A DNA stretch of 35,936 nt, from NCBI GenBank assembly GCA_964583985.1, contig CAZOYD010000035.1, forward strand, positions 1-35,936, in the 5' to 3' direction. Positions 1 through 8,231 of the stretch are shown in pieces. How positions within the stretch are numbered: the first letter of the stretch is position 1; each line of letters starts with the position of its first letter. The DNA is from an uncultured archaeon. GTDB lineage: Archaea; Asgardarchaeota; Lokiarchaeia; Sigyniarchaeales; SOKP01. Under the pieces are notes generated by a model. That model ran no database searches, was not told the DNA's origin, and was given only the letters and a program-made list of their open reading frames with translations. The translations under genes were made by a program, and so were the position numbers.

Positions 1-377
1 TCTGAATTGAATTTATATTTAACGTATCCTTTATCTCGTAGATCAACCAAGACTCTTAATACATCTTTTGGTTTAATTCCAACTTCTAATGCTATGTCTT
101 CCAATTTGTGATTTCCTTGAAAATCTCTATCTATTAAAGCTACCCTAACTGCTTTTTGAAACTTCCTATTGGTATTAATTTGAGTAAATCCCCCAATTGT
201 TATGAAAAAAGCGGGTATAAAGAGCCAATATCCCCAATAACTTAGACCAATAAAATCTATTCTAAAAGTCATTAAAACTAGGGATATAATACCAACAATT
301 AGAAAAACAATACCTACTCCAAAAGTTTCCATTGGAGCCTCGTATTTTCCTTTCGAATAATATCTTTCTTTAACCAT
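1..377 (-). CDS. Membrane protein with 2 N-terminal TM helices and a winged-HTH-like domain (partial, runs off the window start)
   Basis: Not in the ORF track. Hand translation from ATG at 377 gives MVKERYYSKGKYEAPMETFGVGIVFLIVGIISLVLMTFRIDFIGLSYWGYWLFIPAFFITIGGF...HKLEDIALEVGIKPKDVLRVLVDLRDKGYVKYKFNS, open to position 1, with an HTH-plus-wing pattern. Confidence 0.75.
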   Translation of the reverse strand, partial: MVKERYYSKGKYEAPMETFGVGIVFLIVGIISLVLMTFRIDFIGLSYWGYWLFIPAFFITIGGFTQINTNRKFQKAVRVALIDRDFQGNHKLEDIALEVGIKPKDVLRVLVDLRDKGYVKYKFNS

Positions 378-422
378 TAATTATCACAATTTTTATGTAT
401 ATCACTTTAAGTTAACTTTATT

Positions 423-451
423 AAAAAAAAGATCTATAGACCAATGTCTAT
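423..451 (-). terminator. Probable terminator: short hairpin plus U8 tract after the 455..2074 gene
   Basis: ATAGAC (436-441) pairs with GTCTAT (446-451), followed on the minus strand by a T8 run (A-run at 423-430). Confidence 0.4.
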
Positions 452-454
452 TGG

Positions 455-2074
455 TTAAAATATATTCATGGCTTTTCCAAGCCAAAAAACTACTAAATAT
501 GAATTTGGAATGACTTGTTTTAATCCATCTCCTATGGGATCTCCACCTGTGCCTGCTAGCTTGCTATGTTCCCATAAGAATTGATGAACCCCCATTTCTG
601 ACACTGTTAAGGGTTTTACATAAGTGGGTTCATCAAATCCAAATTCATCACCAATCCATTTGAATAATCCTCCAAAAGGGTGATTTGAAAAGAAATAATT
701 CCATTTTGCTTTATTTGGTTCTATCTCCATCGATCTAATTTCAGAATTTAAACTCGTAGCCCTGGTAGAATTCGCTCGAATAGTTGTATTGTAATTTCTG
801 ATGCCTTCACCCCATCCTGATGTATTAAAACGCCATAATTGATCGAGAATATCCCACTTAATTGTATCGTCATTATAATTTGTGTTTTCATAAATCGAAG
901 AGTCTGGAATTAGAGACATGAAAGTTAAATGAACGATATTAAAAAACGCATTACGATGATAACGTAAATAGTCGTAAAAACCGTATTCGAAATTCTTGAT
1001 ATAATGTTGTTGTAATGTGGGATTGTCTTCTAATATGATTAATGAAAACATAACATCCATGCTAAATGCTAAAGCATAAGTATCATAAAAGGTATTTTGA
1101 GAGCTAGATTTCCCTGCTCCCACCATAGACATTACTTTAGTAGCTTCGTATTGATAAAGTGAATCATATTTATCAGGTGATGATGTTGCACCAATTCGAA
1201 GTAATGTAAGGCGCCATACAGTATCCGGAAAGTAAACATTAAGATCCGATCCGACGGGTTCTCCTTCGCCCCCAAGAACAAGCCAATTGGTTTTTTTAAA
1301 TCCCTCAATCAATTGTTCCGTTAAAAGTCGAATTCTTTCCACACACCACCGACTATCTTCATTTACGGAGGGATCAATAAATTTAAGGACGCTTGAGAAA
1401 CCTAAATAATAACCAGCTAATTCATCTCTGCTTGTGTGTAGTCTTACGCGCCAATTTTTATAAGGTCCCGTACCATTAAAATGTCTGGGATCTTCTTGAA
1501 ACAACCATTCATGATATTTCCTATTCTCTGGAGAAGAAACAAACCTTGCAGGCATTCCAGGATAATCGGGACCAATACCACCATTAGGCGCAGCTAGCAT
1601 ATTGCTGAATCCCGTAACACATTTCTTTACCATGCGCGTAGCATTTGCCAATTCATCAGCATCTGCCGAATCTAATGCTGTTTTATATCGAAAGCATTGA
1701 GATGCTAGAGTATACCCTAAATGTAGGGCACCATTATCAGTTCCATCCCAAGAGGAGATTTCGCTATAATTATCATTTGAAAAAGTTATATCGATACTTA
1801 TATTAGAAGGAATGTGATATTTTTCAAGTTGCCAATCGAATAACTCTGCCATTTTTTCCATATTTGTAGCATTTCCTTCGATTTGGTCAAGAGGGATAAA
1901 ATATGTAGTATTCGGAGGATCTAATGTAAATGTAAAAGATGCTACATCATCAATTATATAAAAAGCAAAACCCACATATGAAAAAAACCCAATAACTGGG
2001 AGAGAAAGCAGAAATGAAACTACGATATATTTATAAATTAAATTCTTTCTGGATCGAATCCTCACATCAATCAC
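455..2074 (-). CDS. Membrane-anchored extracellular protein, possibly an (alpha/alpha)-barrel glycosidase-like fold
   Basis: 539-aa ORF with a GTG start and a single N-terminal TM helix. Helical body with DNGALHLG and TSRDELAGYY acidic motifs and several N-x-S/T sequons. The function is inferred. Confidence 0.55.
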   Translation of the reverse strand: MIDVRIRSRKNLIYKYIVVSFLLSLPVIGFFSYVGFAFYIIDDVASFTFTLDPPNTTYFIPLDQIEGNATNMEKMAELFDWQLEKYHIPSNISIDITFSNDNYSEISSWDGTDNGALHLGYTLASQCFRYKTALDSADADELANATRMVKKCVTGFSNMLAAPNGGIGPDYPGMPARFVSSPENRKYHEWLFQEDPRHFNGTGPYKNWRVRLHTSRDELAGYYLGFSSVLKFIDPSVNEDSRWCVERIRLLTEQLIEGFKKTNWLVLGGEGEPVGSDLNVYFPDTVWRLTLLRIGATSSPDKYDSLYQYEATKVMSMVGAGKSSSQNTFYDTYALAFSMDVMFSLIILEDNPTLQQHYIKNFEYGFYDYLRYHRNAFFNIVHLTFMSLIPDSSIYENTNYNDDTIKWDILDQLWRFNTSGWGEGIRNYNTTIRANSTRATSLNSEIRSMEIEPNKAKWNYFFSNHPFGGLFKWIGDEFGFDEPTYVKPLTVSEMGVHQFLWEHSKLAGTGGDPIGDGLKQVIPNSYLVVFWLGKAMNIF

Positions 2075-2151
2075 GTTATAAAGAGTTATGTTAATTATTT
2101 GTATTTATTAATATTTAAACTTTTAAAAGGTTAAAAGAATGGATTAAATAT

Positions 2152-3252
2152 CTAATATATATCCACACCATTGCTAGTTTTGAGAATATCTGCTTTTCCT
2201 CCAACATTTTCAATTGCATTCATTATACCATCATTTTGATTTAGTGATAGAGCAAACATCGTACCCCCAAATCCAGATCCATTAATTTTTGCTCCTAAAG
2301 CCCCTGCTTTAAGACTGCTTGTTATCATATTATCAATCTTTTTCGTGGAAATTTTGATATTATCCCTTAGATTTTGATTATGCTGATTTAATAGTTTACC
2401 CAATTGAGTATAAAAGGCTATCTGTTGAGGAGAATTTCCTTCATTGATGGTCTGATAATATTCATTTATTAATTTAATAGCCATTTTAGTTATATCTCTA
2501 TTTTTTAAATTTCCAACTATCTTTTTTCTGTATTCTTTTTTTAAAGTTGACAAAAAAGGAATCACATCATCCAGCACGGTTTTAAAAAGATCGAATTTTG
2601 GCATTGATTCCTTCAAGGCAGTAAAGCTTTTGAGAGAACTCTCTTTTACATTAATTAAGTCTTCTACAGTCCTTTTTTTTTCAAGAGAATTTCCCAAAAT
2701 CAAACCATTTATAGATAAATCAAAATTTTCGAGATAGGGATTTGAATTTTTTTGTTCTAAATATATTAATTTTCCATAAGCAGCAGTAAAATGATCCATC
2801 ATTCCCCCAGCTTCATTAAACTCCCTCACTTCTGCGTTGTATCCTTCAAGGGCTAACTGAAATTTACTTAATGCATGGTTTGTGATGTGATCCAGAAAAA
2901 ACAGCCAACCGATTACCAATGCTGAAGAACTAGCTACTCCCGCATTGATAGGAATATCCCCCCTTATTAATATTTCATACCCTTTCTGAAATTTAATTCC
3001 CCTTCTTAAAAAAAGATTATATCCGCTCTTGATATAATCTCGTTTTGATTTGTAATCTAATTCCTTTTGATTCAAGAGAATGTTAATAGATTCATTTGTG
3101 TCTGGCAAGCTTATTATAAATTTTGATTCTGATATTCTTTTTGCTTCGATATAAATGTATTTAGATATAGCCAATGAAATTATAGGATACCCCAGATAAT
3201 CTTGGTGTTCGCCAAAAAGGCATATGCGACCGGGGGATTTTATTTTTATCAT
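2152..3252 (-). CDS. GHMP-family sugar kinase (galactokinase-like)
   Basis: SPGRICLFGEHQDY, PINAGVASSSA (ATP-binding loop), GMMD and GAKINGSGFGG motifs. Confidence 0.9.
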   Translation of the reverse strand: MIKIKSPGRICLFGEHQDYLGYPIISLAISKYIYIEAKRISESKFIISLPDTNESINILLNQKELDYKSKRDYIKSGYNLFLRRGIKFQKGYEILIRGDIPINAGVASSSALVIGWLFFLDHITNHALSKFQLALEGYNAEVREFNEAGGMMDHFTAAYGKLIYLEQKNSNPYLENFDLSINGLILGNSLEKKRTVEDLINVKESSLKSFTALKESMPKFDLFKTVLDDVIPFLSTLKKEYRKKIVGNLKNRDITKMAIKLINEYYQTINEGNSPQQIAFYTQLGKLLNQHNQNLRDNIKISTKKIDNMITSSLKAGALGAKINGSGFGGTMFALSLNQNDGIMNAIENVGGKADILKTSNGVDIY

Positions 3253-3432
3253 GCTAACCTAATTACAAGAGTTTGTTATGCAATTTAAAGTTCATACATA
3301 TTATCACGATATTACTTTTTTTTTTCTTTATAAGAACGTAAAAATTAATATTAAATTGGAAGTAGGTTTTATTTCACTTTTTAAATGTCTTTTAAAAATA
3401 AGTTTGAACGAAATTGAATTGGAAAATAACCC

Positions 3433-4182
3433 ATGATACATGATTTTATAATTATAAAAGATGGATTACCACTTTTGGTAAAAAATTTTTCCAATCCGAG
3501 TAATGTATTTTGTCACAGTGATTCTTTAATCATGATATCTGGATTTTTCACTGCTTTAAATTCCTTCTCTGATTCATTTGAAGATTTAGGAACTATTAGT
3601 GAATTAAAACTATCAAACAATGAGTTAAAATTATCATTTTTAAAAGATTGTAGTATCCCAAATTTAATATATCTTGCAACATACGATGAAACTTCAAAAG
3701 CAGTAAACGTGCAAAGGATCCTGAGAAAAATTAGTAAAACTTTTTTAAAAAAATATAATATCAATCAAATATTAAACTGGAGTGGGAGGAGAAATGCGTT
3801 TAAGTCTTTTGATGAGATCTTGGAAAATTATCAATATGAAGAAATCGAAGAAAATGACTTGCACTTTAAAGAAAGAGTTTTGGATCTTTTTAAAAATGTA
3901 GAAGAAAAGTTAAATGAAGAATCAGATTTAATAGCTCTGAGAGAAGATAGTAGGAAATCTCAATCCGTCCCAGAATATTGCATTCAAGTACCAAAAAGTG
4001 TGAGTTCCTTGAATATTAATCCTAAACATTATCTAACAGGTGAAAAATCTTATCAAGTTTTTAATAAAATTGATGGAAAGAGTTCTATCGAAGATATTGC
4101 TAAAGAATTAAGTATCTCTCATATAGAAGTATATAATATTTGCAAAAATCTCATCAAGCTAGGTTTTATAACTATTAACTAA
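3433..4182 (+). CDS. Longin-like domain protein with a C-terminal winged helix
   Basis: The N-terminus MIHDFIIIKDGLPLLVKNF...LIMISGFFTALNSF matches the Asgard longin pattern. The C-terminus DGKSSIEDIAKELSISHIEVYNICKNLIKLGFITI is wHTH-like. Confidence 0.7.
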   Translation: MIHDFIIIKDGLPLLVKNFSNPSNVFCHSDSLIMISGFFTALNSFSDSFEDLGTISELKLSNNELKLSFLKDCSIPNLIYLATYDETSKAVNVQRILRKISKTFLKKYNINQILNWSGRRNAFKSFDEILENYQYEEIEENDLHFKERVLDLFKNVEEKLNEESDLIALREDSRKSQSVPEYCIQVPKSVSSLNINPKHYLTGEKSYQVFNKIDGKSSIEDIAKELSISHIEVYNICKNLIKLGFITIN

Positions 4183-4193
4183 TCCAAGTATCT

Positions 4194-4502
4194 TTAGTAT
4201 ATTCTTTTTTGATGTTTTTTTTTTTTCTTACGCATTTTTTCTTCGATTTGCTGCATGAGAGCTTTTAATGCTTGATCATCCTTACACTCTAGTTGAAAAA
4301 CGCCTTCTACCTTACTTTCTTCTTTATCGCCAGATTTACTTATTTTTTCAAATGATAGTTTCACCGGTTCTTTTTGTGTGAGCGCGAGATTTAAATAGTT
4401 GATTAATCCCATATGTTTTGAAGGAGCAATGGTGAATTTGATAGATATTTCCCTCCCATTTTTAGTTGTTGTCATTAAAACTAATCGTAATTTCAAATTC
4501 AT
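4194..4502 (-). CDS. Small basic hypothetical protein (paralog of 4508..4732)
   Basis: 102-aa ORF sharing KLRxVLxTTTK..SIKF..PSKHxGxIN..NLALT with its neighbour, plus a Lys-rich tail. Confidence 0.8.
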   Translation of the reverse strand: MNLKLRLVLMTTTKNGREISIKFTIAPSKHMGLINYLNLALTQKEPVKLSFEKISKSGDKEESKVEGVFQLECKDDQALKALMQQIEEKMRKKKKKHQKRIY

Positions 4503-4507
4503 TCCAC

Positions 4508-4732
4508 CTAGTTTTCAATTTTATTTAAGTTAAATGTTCCTTCTATTAAATTTTCCTTTTTATTACCAGCATCATCAATTGTTTCAAGAGCCAATTTTAC
4601 AGATTTATTTTCAGTTAAAGCCAGATTAATGAAATTAATAAATCCCAAATGCTTAGAAGGAGTAACATTGAATTTAATTGAAACGGCTTTATTTTTCTTG
4701 GTTGTTGTTTTCAATACTATTCGCAACTTCAT
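4508..4732 (-). CDS. Small hypothetical protein (paralog of 4194..4502)
   Basis: 74-aa ORF; 37 of 68 residues identical to the neighbour by hand alignment. Confidence 0.8.
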   Translation of the reverse strand: MKLRIVLKTTTKKNKAVSIKFNVTPSKHLGFINFINLALTENKSVKLALETIDDAGNKKENLIEGTFNLNKIEN

Positions 4733-4837
4733 TTGTGTTTAATCCGAAATTTTAAATTATTAATATCAAAAAACAATATATTACTGTATTAAATTATAAA
4801 GTATTATATAAATTAAAAAGAATTTCAAGATTTCAAT

Positions 4838-5632
4838 ATGTCTTCTAATCTATATGCGTATAAATTCAAAAATAACCAATGGCATCAAGCTGATGATATC
4901 AATGAAAGTGATATTGTCGTTATCGTAGATTCGTCTAGAAATCTGATTTGGTATTATGAAGGGAGGAATACTACTGCAAGAAAATGTAATAAAGCAAGAA
5001 GTTTAATAGGAGATCTTAAAAGTAAGCATGAAACGTATAAAATCAAAAAAATAACAAATAAAACTCCACGAGATATAATACGAGAACTTCAGATTTTAAG
5101 AGAGCAGTTTTTTGCATCTACGATTAAGCAATTAAATGTCGATGTATCAAAAATGTCCAAGATATATTTCTATTTAAATACATTTAGTAATCTCCTTATC
5201 ATTATATCTTTTACAATAATTATTCTCCTGATAGGAGGCACCGGAACTCGAATTTATGAGAATTACCCGCATTATTCAATCCGTTTGGCTAATTTTAATA
5301 TGATATTCTTTGTATTATCATTATTTTCATTGATTTCTTTTTTACTATTATTATTTGCAGGTTTAATGGCATTAGTCCTGAGACAAAAAATTATTGCAAC
5401 CTACAACATATTTGCGAGTGTTCTAATTTTTATTACGTATTACATGATTAGCACGTGGACTTCCATTTTTTATTTCGAATTAGATTACCAGATTATATTA
5501 ATACGGATTGACGTGTTCGCCTTGTTTGTGAGTAATCTTGTCATTTTGTACCTTATTTGTCTTTTTGTCGGATTTGCAATGAGTCTTCTTGGTTTTAAAA
5601 GAATTGAACAGATTATTGAAGAGGAAGACTAG
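4838..5632 (+). CDS. Gelsolin-like domain fused to 4 C-terminal TM helices
   Basis: INESDIVVIVDSSRNLIWYYEGRNTTARKCNKARSL follows the gelsolin-repeat pattern (L-x-S-x-D-hydrophobic strand-D...I-W-x-W/Y-x-G...helix). Residues ~110-253 form four hydrophobic segments. Confidence 0.6.
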   Translation: MSSNLYAYKFKNNQWHQADDINESDIVVIVDSSRNLIWYYEGRNTTARKCNKARSLIGDLKSKHETYKIKKITNKTPRDIIRELQILREQFFASTIKQLNVDVSKMSKIYFYLNTFSNLLIIISFTIIILLIGGTGTRIYENYPHYSIRLANFNMIFFVLSLFSLISFLLLLFAGLMALVLRQKIIATYNIFASVLIFITYYMISTWTSIFYFELDYQIILIRIDVFALFVSNLVILYLICLFVGFAMSLLGFKRIEQIIEEED

Positions 5633-5655
5633 ATAAAATAAGATTTGATAGTATT

Positions 5656-6276
5656 ATGGCTTCAAAATTCCGTTTACGAAGATTATTTAAACCACTCATA
5701 AATTTTTCGGCCCGAATCTTAAGTAGAATAGGGTTGTCTGCGAACGGAGCGACAATTACAATGCTAACGTGCTCGTTTATCAGTTTTTTAATCCTAGTGT
5801 TTTTTTCTAATTATGTGTTTTTTTCAATTTTCGTCTTCTTAACAGGCATCTTTGATGGGATTGATGGTGCTATTGCACGATTAAGGAACACCACCTCTCG
5901 ATTTGGAGGAATATTTGATTCTACTATGGATAGATTAAGTGAATTTCTTATATTTTTCGCACTTCTAATAAATCGATGGAATGAAATATTATGGAATATC
6001 ATCGATATGAGGTTGATAATTACCATTTCTTTCTTTGCTTCAATAATGATTAGTTATTCAAGATCCAGAGCCCAAAATTTGTACGATGGAGACTTTGATA
6101 TTGGACTCATGGCAAGATCTGAAAGATTGTTCTATATTTTCTTGACTTCATTTCTTTCATTTTATTTCGGTTATCTTAATGAATTTATTTCGTTATTTTT
6201 GCTATTGGTTATCGCAACAGCAATATTCAGATTTAAAAAAATTAATTTAATGATTTCAGACTCAGAAAAAAGCTAA
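5656..6276 (+). CDS. CDP-alcohol phosphatidyltransferase (archaetidylinositol-phosphate synthase-like)
   Basis: Signature DGIDGAIAR...SRFGGIFDSTMDR, SYSRSRA and GLMARSER. Confidence 0.9.
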   Translation: MASKFRLRRLFKPLINFSARILSRIGLSANGATITMLTCSFISFLILVFFSNYVFFSIFVFLTGIFDGIDGAIARLRNTTSRFGGIFDSTMDRLSEFLIFFALLINRWNEILWNIIDMRLIITISFFASIMISYSRSRAQNLYDGDFDIGLMARSERLFYIFLTSFLSFYFGYLNEFISLFLLLVIATAIFRFKKINLMISDSEKS

Positions 6277-6280
6277 TTAA

Positions 6281-6985
6281 TCATTTTTTATTAAAATCGA
6301 TGATAAGCTTATCTCCATTTTTCAAATGAAAAAGATCTCTCAAATATGGCTTGGCAAGAACTTCAATGATATTTTTATCATGATGCGTTCTCTTTATATC
6401 TAATATCGCAGCTTTTCTTCGCAGAGTTCTATCTCCTAATCGTGATATAAAAACATCGTAACATTTTACTGGTCCATATTCTCTATTTTGATCTTTAAAT
6501 CCTTCAATTATTACAGGAGCTACATTATCTAATTTTTCTCTTAAAATTGATATACCAGTATCGCTCAATTCCAAATTTAAAGTACCCTTGAATGGTTCAA
6601 ATCCCAATTTAGTTTTAAATTGATCATAATACCCTTTAATAGAGACATAATAACCACCTTCATGCATACCTTCACGAACTATTCCAACAATTAAGATGGA
6701 TTCAAGCAGACCCTTAAGATTTTTATAGACATTCAGCATTACAGTGGCACCTTTTTCAGTAATGGAGATGCTCTGAGATTTTCCCTCAACTCTACGATCT
6801 ATCCAATTTAATTTATCCAAATCATTTATTCTCCGATTTCCAGTCTGTTGACTCAAATTAAGCAATTCACCAAACTCTAAACTACTAATTTGAATTGAAT
6901 CTTGATGTCTTGTCAGTTGGCATAGCTTTAATAAAGCAAACCAATTAGCATAATTTTCTGGGGAAATTTCCTCATTACTTTCCAT
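6281..6985 (-). CDS. ribK: CTP-dependent riboflavin kinase with N-terminal wHTH (RbkR-type)
   Basis: N-terminal wHTH (SQQTGNRRI), GIVREGMHEGGYY, LGFEPFKGTLN and RTHH...IEVLAKPYLR; adjacent to ribL. Confidence 0.92.
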   Translation of the reverse strand: MESNEEISPENYANWFALLKLCQLTRHQDSIQISSLEFGELLNLSQQTGNRRINDLDKLNWIDRRVEGKSQSISITEKGATVMLNVYKNLKGLLESILIVGIVREGMHEGGYYVSIKGYYDQFKTKLGFEPFKGTLNLELSDTGISILREKLDNVAPVIIEGFKDQNREYGPVKCYDVFISRLGDRTLRRKAAILDIKRTHHDKNIIEVLAKPYLRDLFHLKNGDKLIIDFNKK

Positions 6986-6997
6986 AATTATTTTAAG

Positions 6998-7438
6998 CTA
7001 TTTATTTTTATATCGTTCTAAGATTTTTTGCTTTATTAATCTTGAAGAATGTAATTCACACTTATCATAGTAAGTCTGAAGACGTTGAATGGATATATTC
7101 TCCAAACCGTGATCTTTCAAACCCTTTTCCAAGGTCGCAATATCATACTTCTGATCAGGACCTAATAATATGATCTCAGGATTAATTTCTTTAACGGTTT
7201 CAAGAGTATCGTTATCACTTCGACCCAATCTAGCAACTTTTACATTTTTTATTCCTTTAATAACTTCAAGTCGCTGTTTTTCAGGAACAATTGGAGCTTC
7301 ACCCGAATATAATTCACGATTTTTATCGGTCGATACAATAACATGTACATCTCCCAATTTAGCGGCTTCATTGATTAAAAAAAGATGTCCGGGATGGATT
7401 AAGTCAAATGTTCCAGCAATTAGTACTTTTTTATTCAT
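6998..7438 (-). CDS. ribL: Archaeal FAD synthase (cytidylyltransferase fold)
   Basis: AGTFDLIHPGH (HIGH-like), LLGPDQ and SSRLIK; directly upstream of ribK. Confidence 0.85.
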   Translation of the reverse strand: MNKKVLIAGTFDLIHPGHLFLINEAAKLGDVHVIVSTDKNRELYSGEAPIVPEKQRLEVIKGIKNVKVARLGRSDNDTLETVKEINPEIILLGPDQKYDIATLEKGLKDHGLENISIQRLQTYYDKCELHSSRLIKQKILERYKNK

Positions 7439-7490
7439 GAATTCCCACTTTTAATCTAAATTATTAATCAGTAGCTCTACTATTAAGCTT

Positions 7491-8114
7491 CTATTCTTTG
7501 TATTCAATATTTTTTTCTATACATTCCTTTAAATTATTCATTTGAAGTGATATTGATATATCCCCTCGTGTTTTTTCGATAATTCCTCTTGCTTGATCTG
7601 TCTTTTGCCTTAAATCTTGAGTTAGCCCAGAAGGATAATCAATGGAAAAGAGTTCTGCATAAATCTCATCCATAATTTCTAGAATTCTCGTTAAATCTTG
7701 TATATTTGAACTACGGATATTATCTAATACGTATCTTCTGAGTTCTCCAATCACATCTGCTAATCCTAATGCGTAATTAAGAGGATCAATCTTTAATTCG
7801 TTAGGAGAGGGTAGGACCTTGCTGTTGATAATAGCATTTAAGGAAATCGCTTCAGCATATTCTTGTTCTGGAACTTTTAGATATTTGGAAAATGCTCCAA
7901 CATCTTTAGTGATCAAATGTTGTAGGTCGACTAAATTTAATTGAATTTTATTTACTTTATCTTGATAGAGATCAACTTCATTTCTATGAATATTCTTTAT
8001 TGCAACACTGCAATCTCGAATAATTTGCCGAGATTTTTTGAGTATTTCTTCTCTACCATTATCAAGCTTATCTAAATTTTCTATTAATTCAGAGAAAATT
8101 CCTTTAAGATTCAT
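7491..8114 (-). CDS. Translin/TRAX family protein
   Basis: REEILKKSR, QEYAEA, YALGLADVIGELRR and LRQKTDQAR translin motifs. Confidence 0.88.
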   Translation of the reverse strand: MNLKGIFSELIENLDKLDNGREEILKKSRQIIRDCSVAIKNIHRNEVDLYQDKVNKIQLNLVDLQHLITKDVGAFSKYLKVPEQEYAEAISLNAIINSKVLPSPNELKIDPLNYALGLADVIGELRRYVLDNIRSSNIQDLTRILEIMDEIYAELFSIDYPSGLTQDLRQKTDQARGIIEKTRGDISISLQMNNLKECIEKNIEYKE

Positions 8115-8231
8115 GTGAATAGATAAATATTTTAGTTATTATTAATTTGAAAGTTAATTGTAGGTAATTATCATAAGTATTTAGAATTTTTTATATATAA
8201 ATGGTGAAAGAAGCAAAGAAGAGAGATAATT

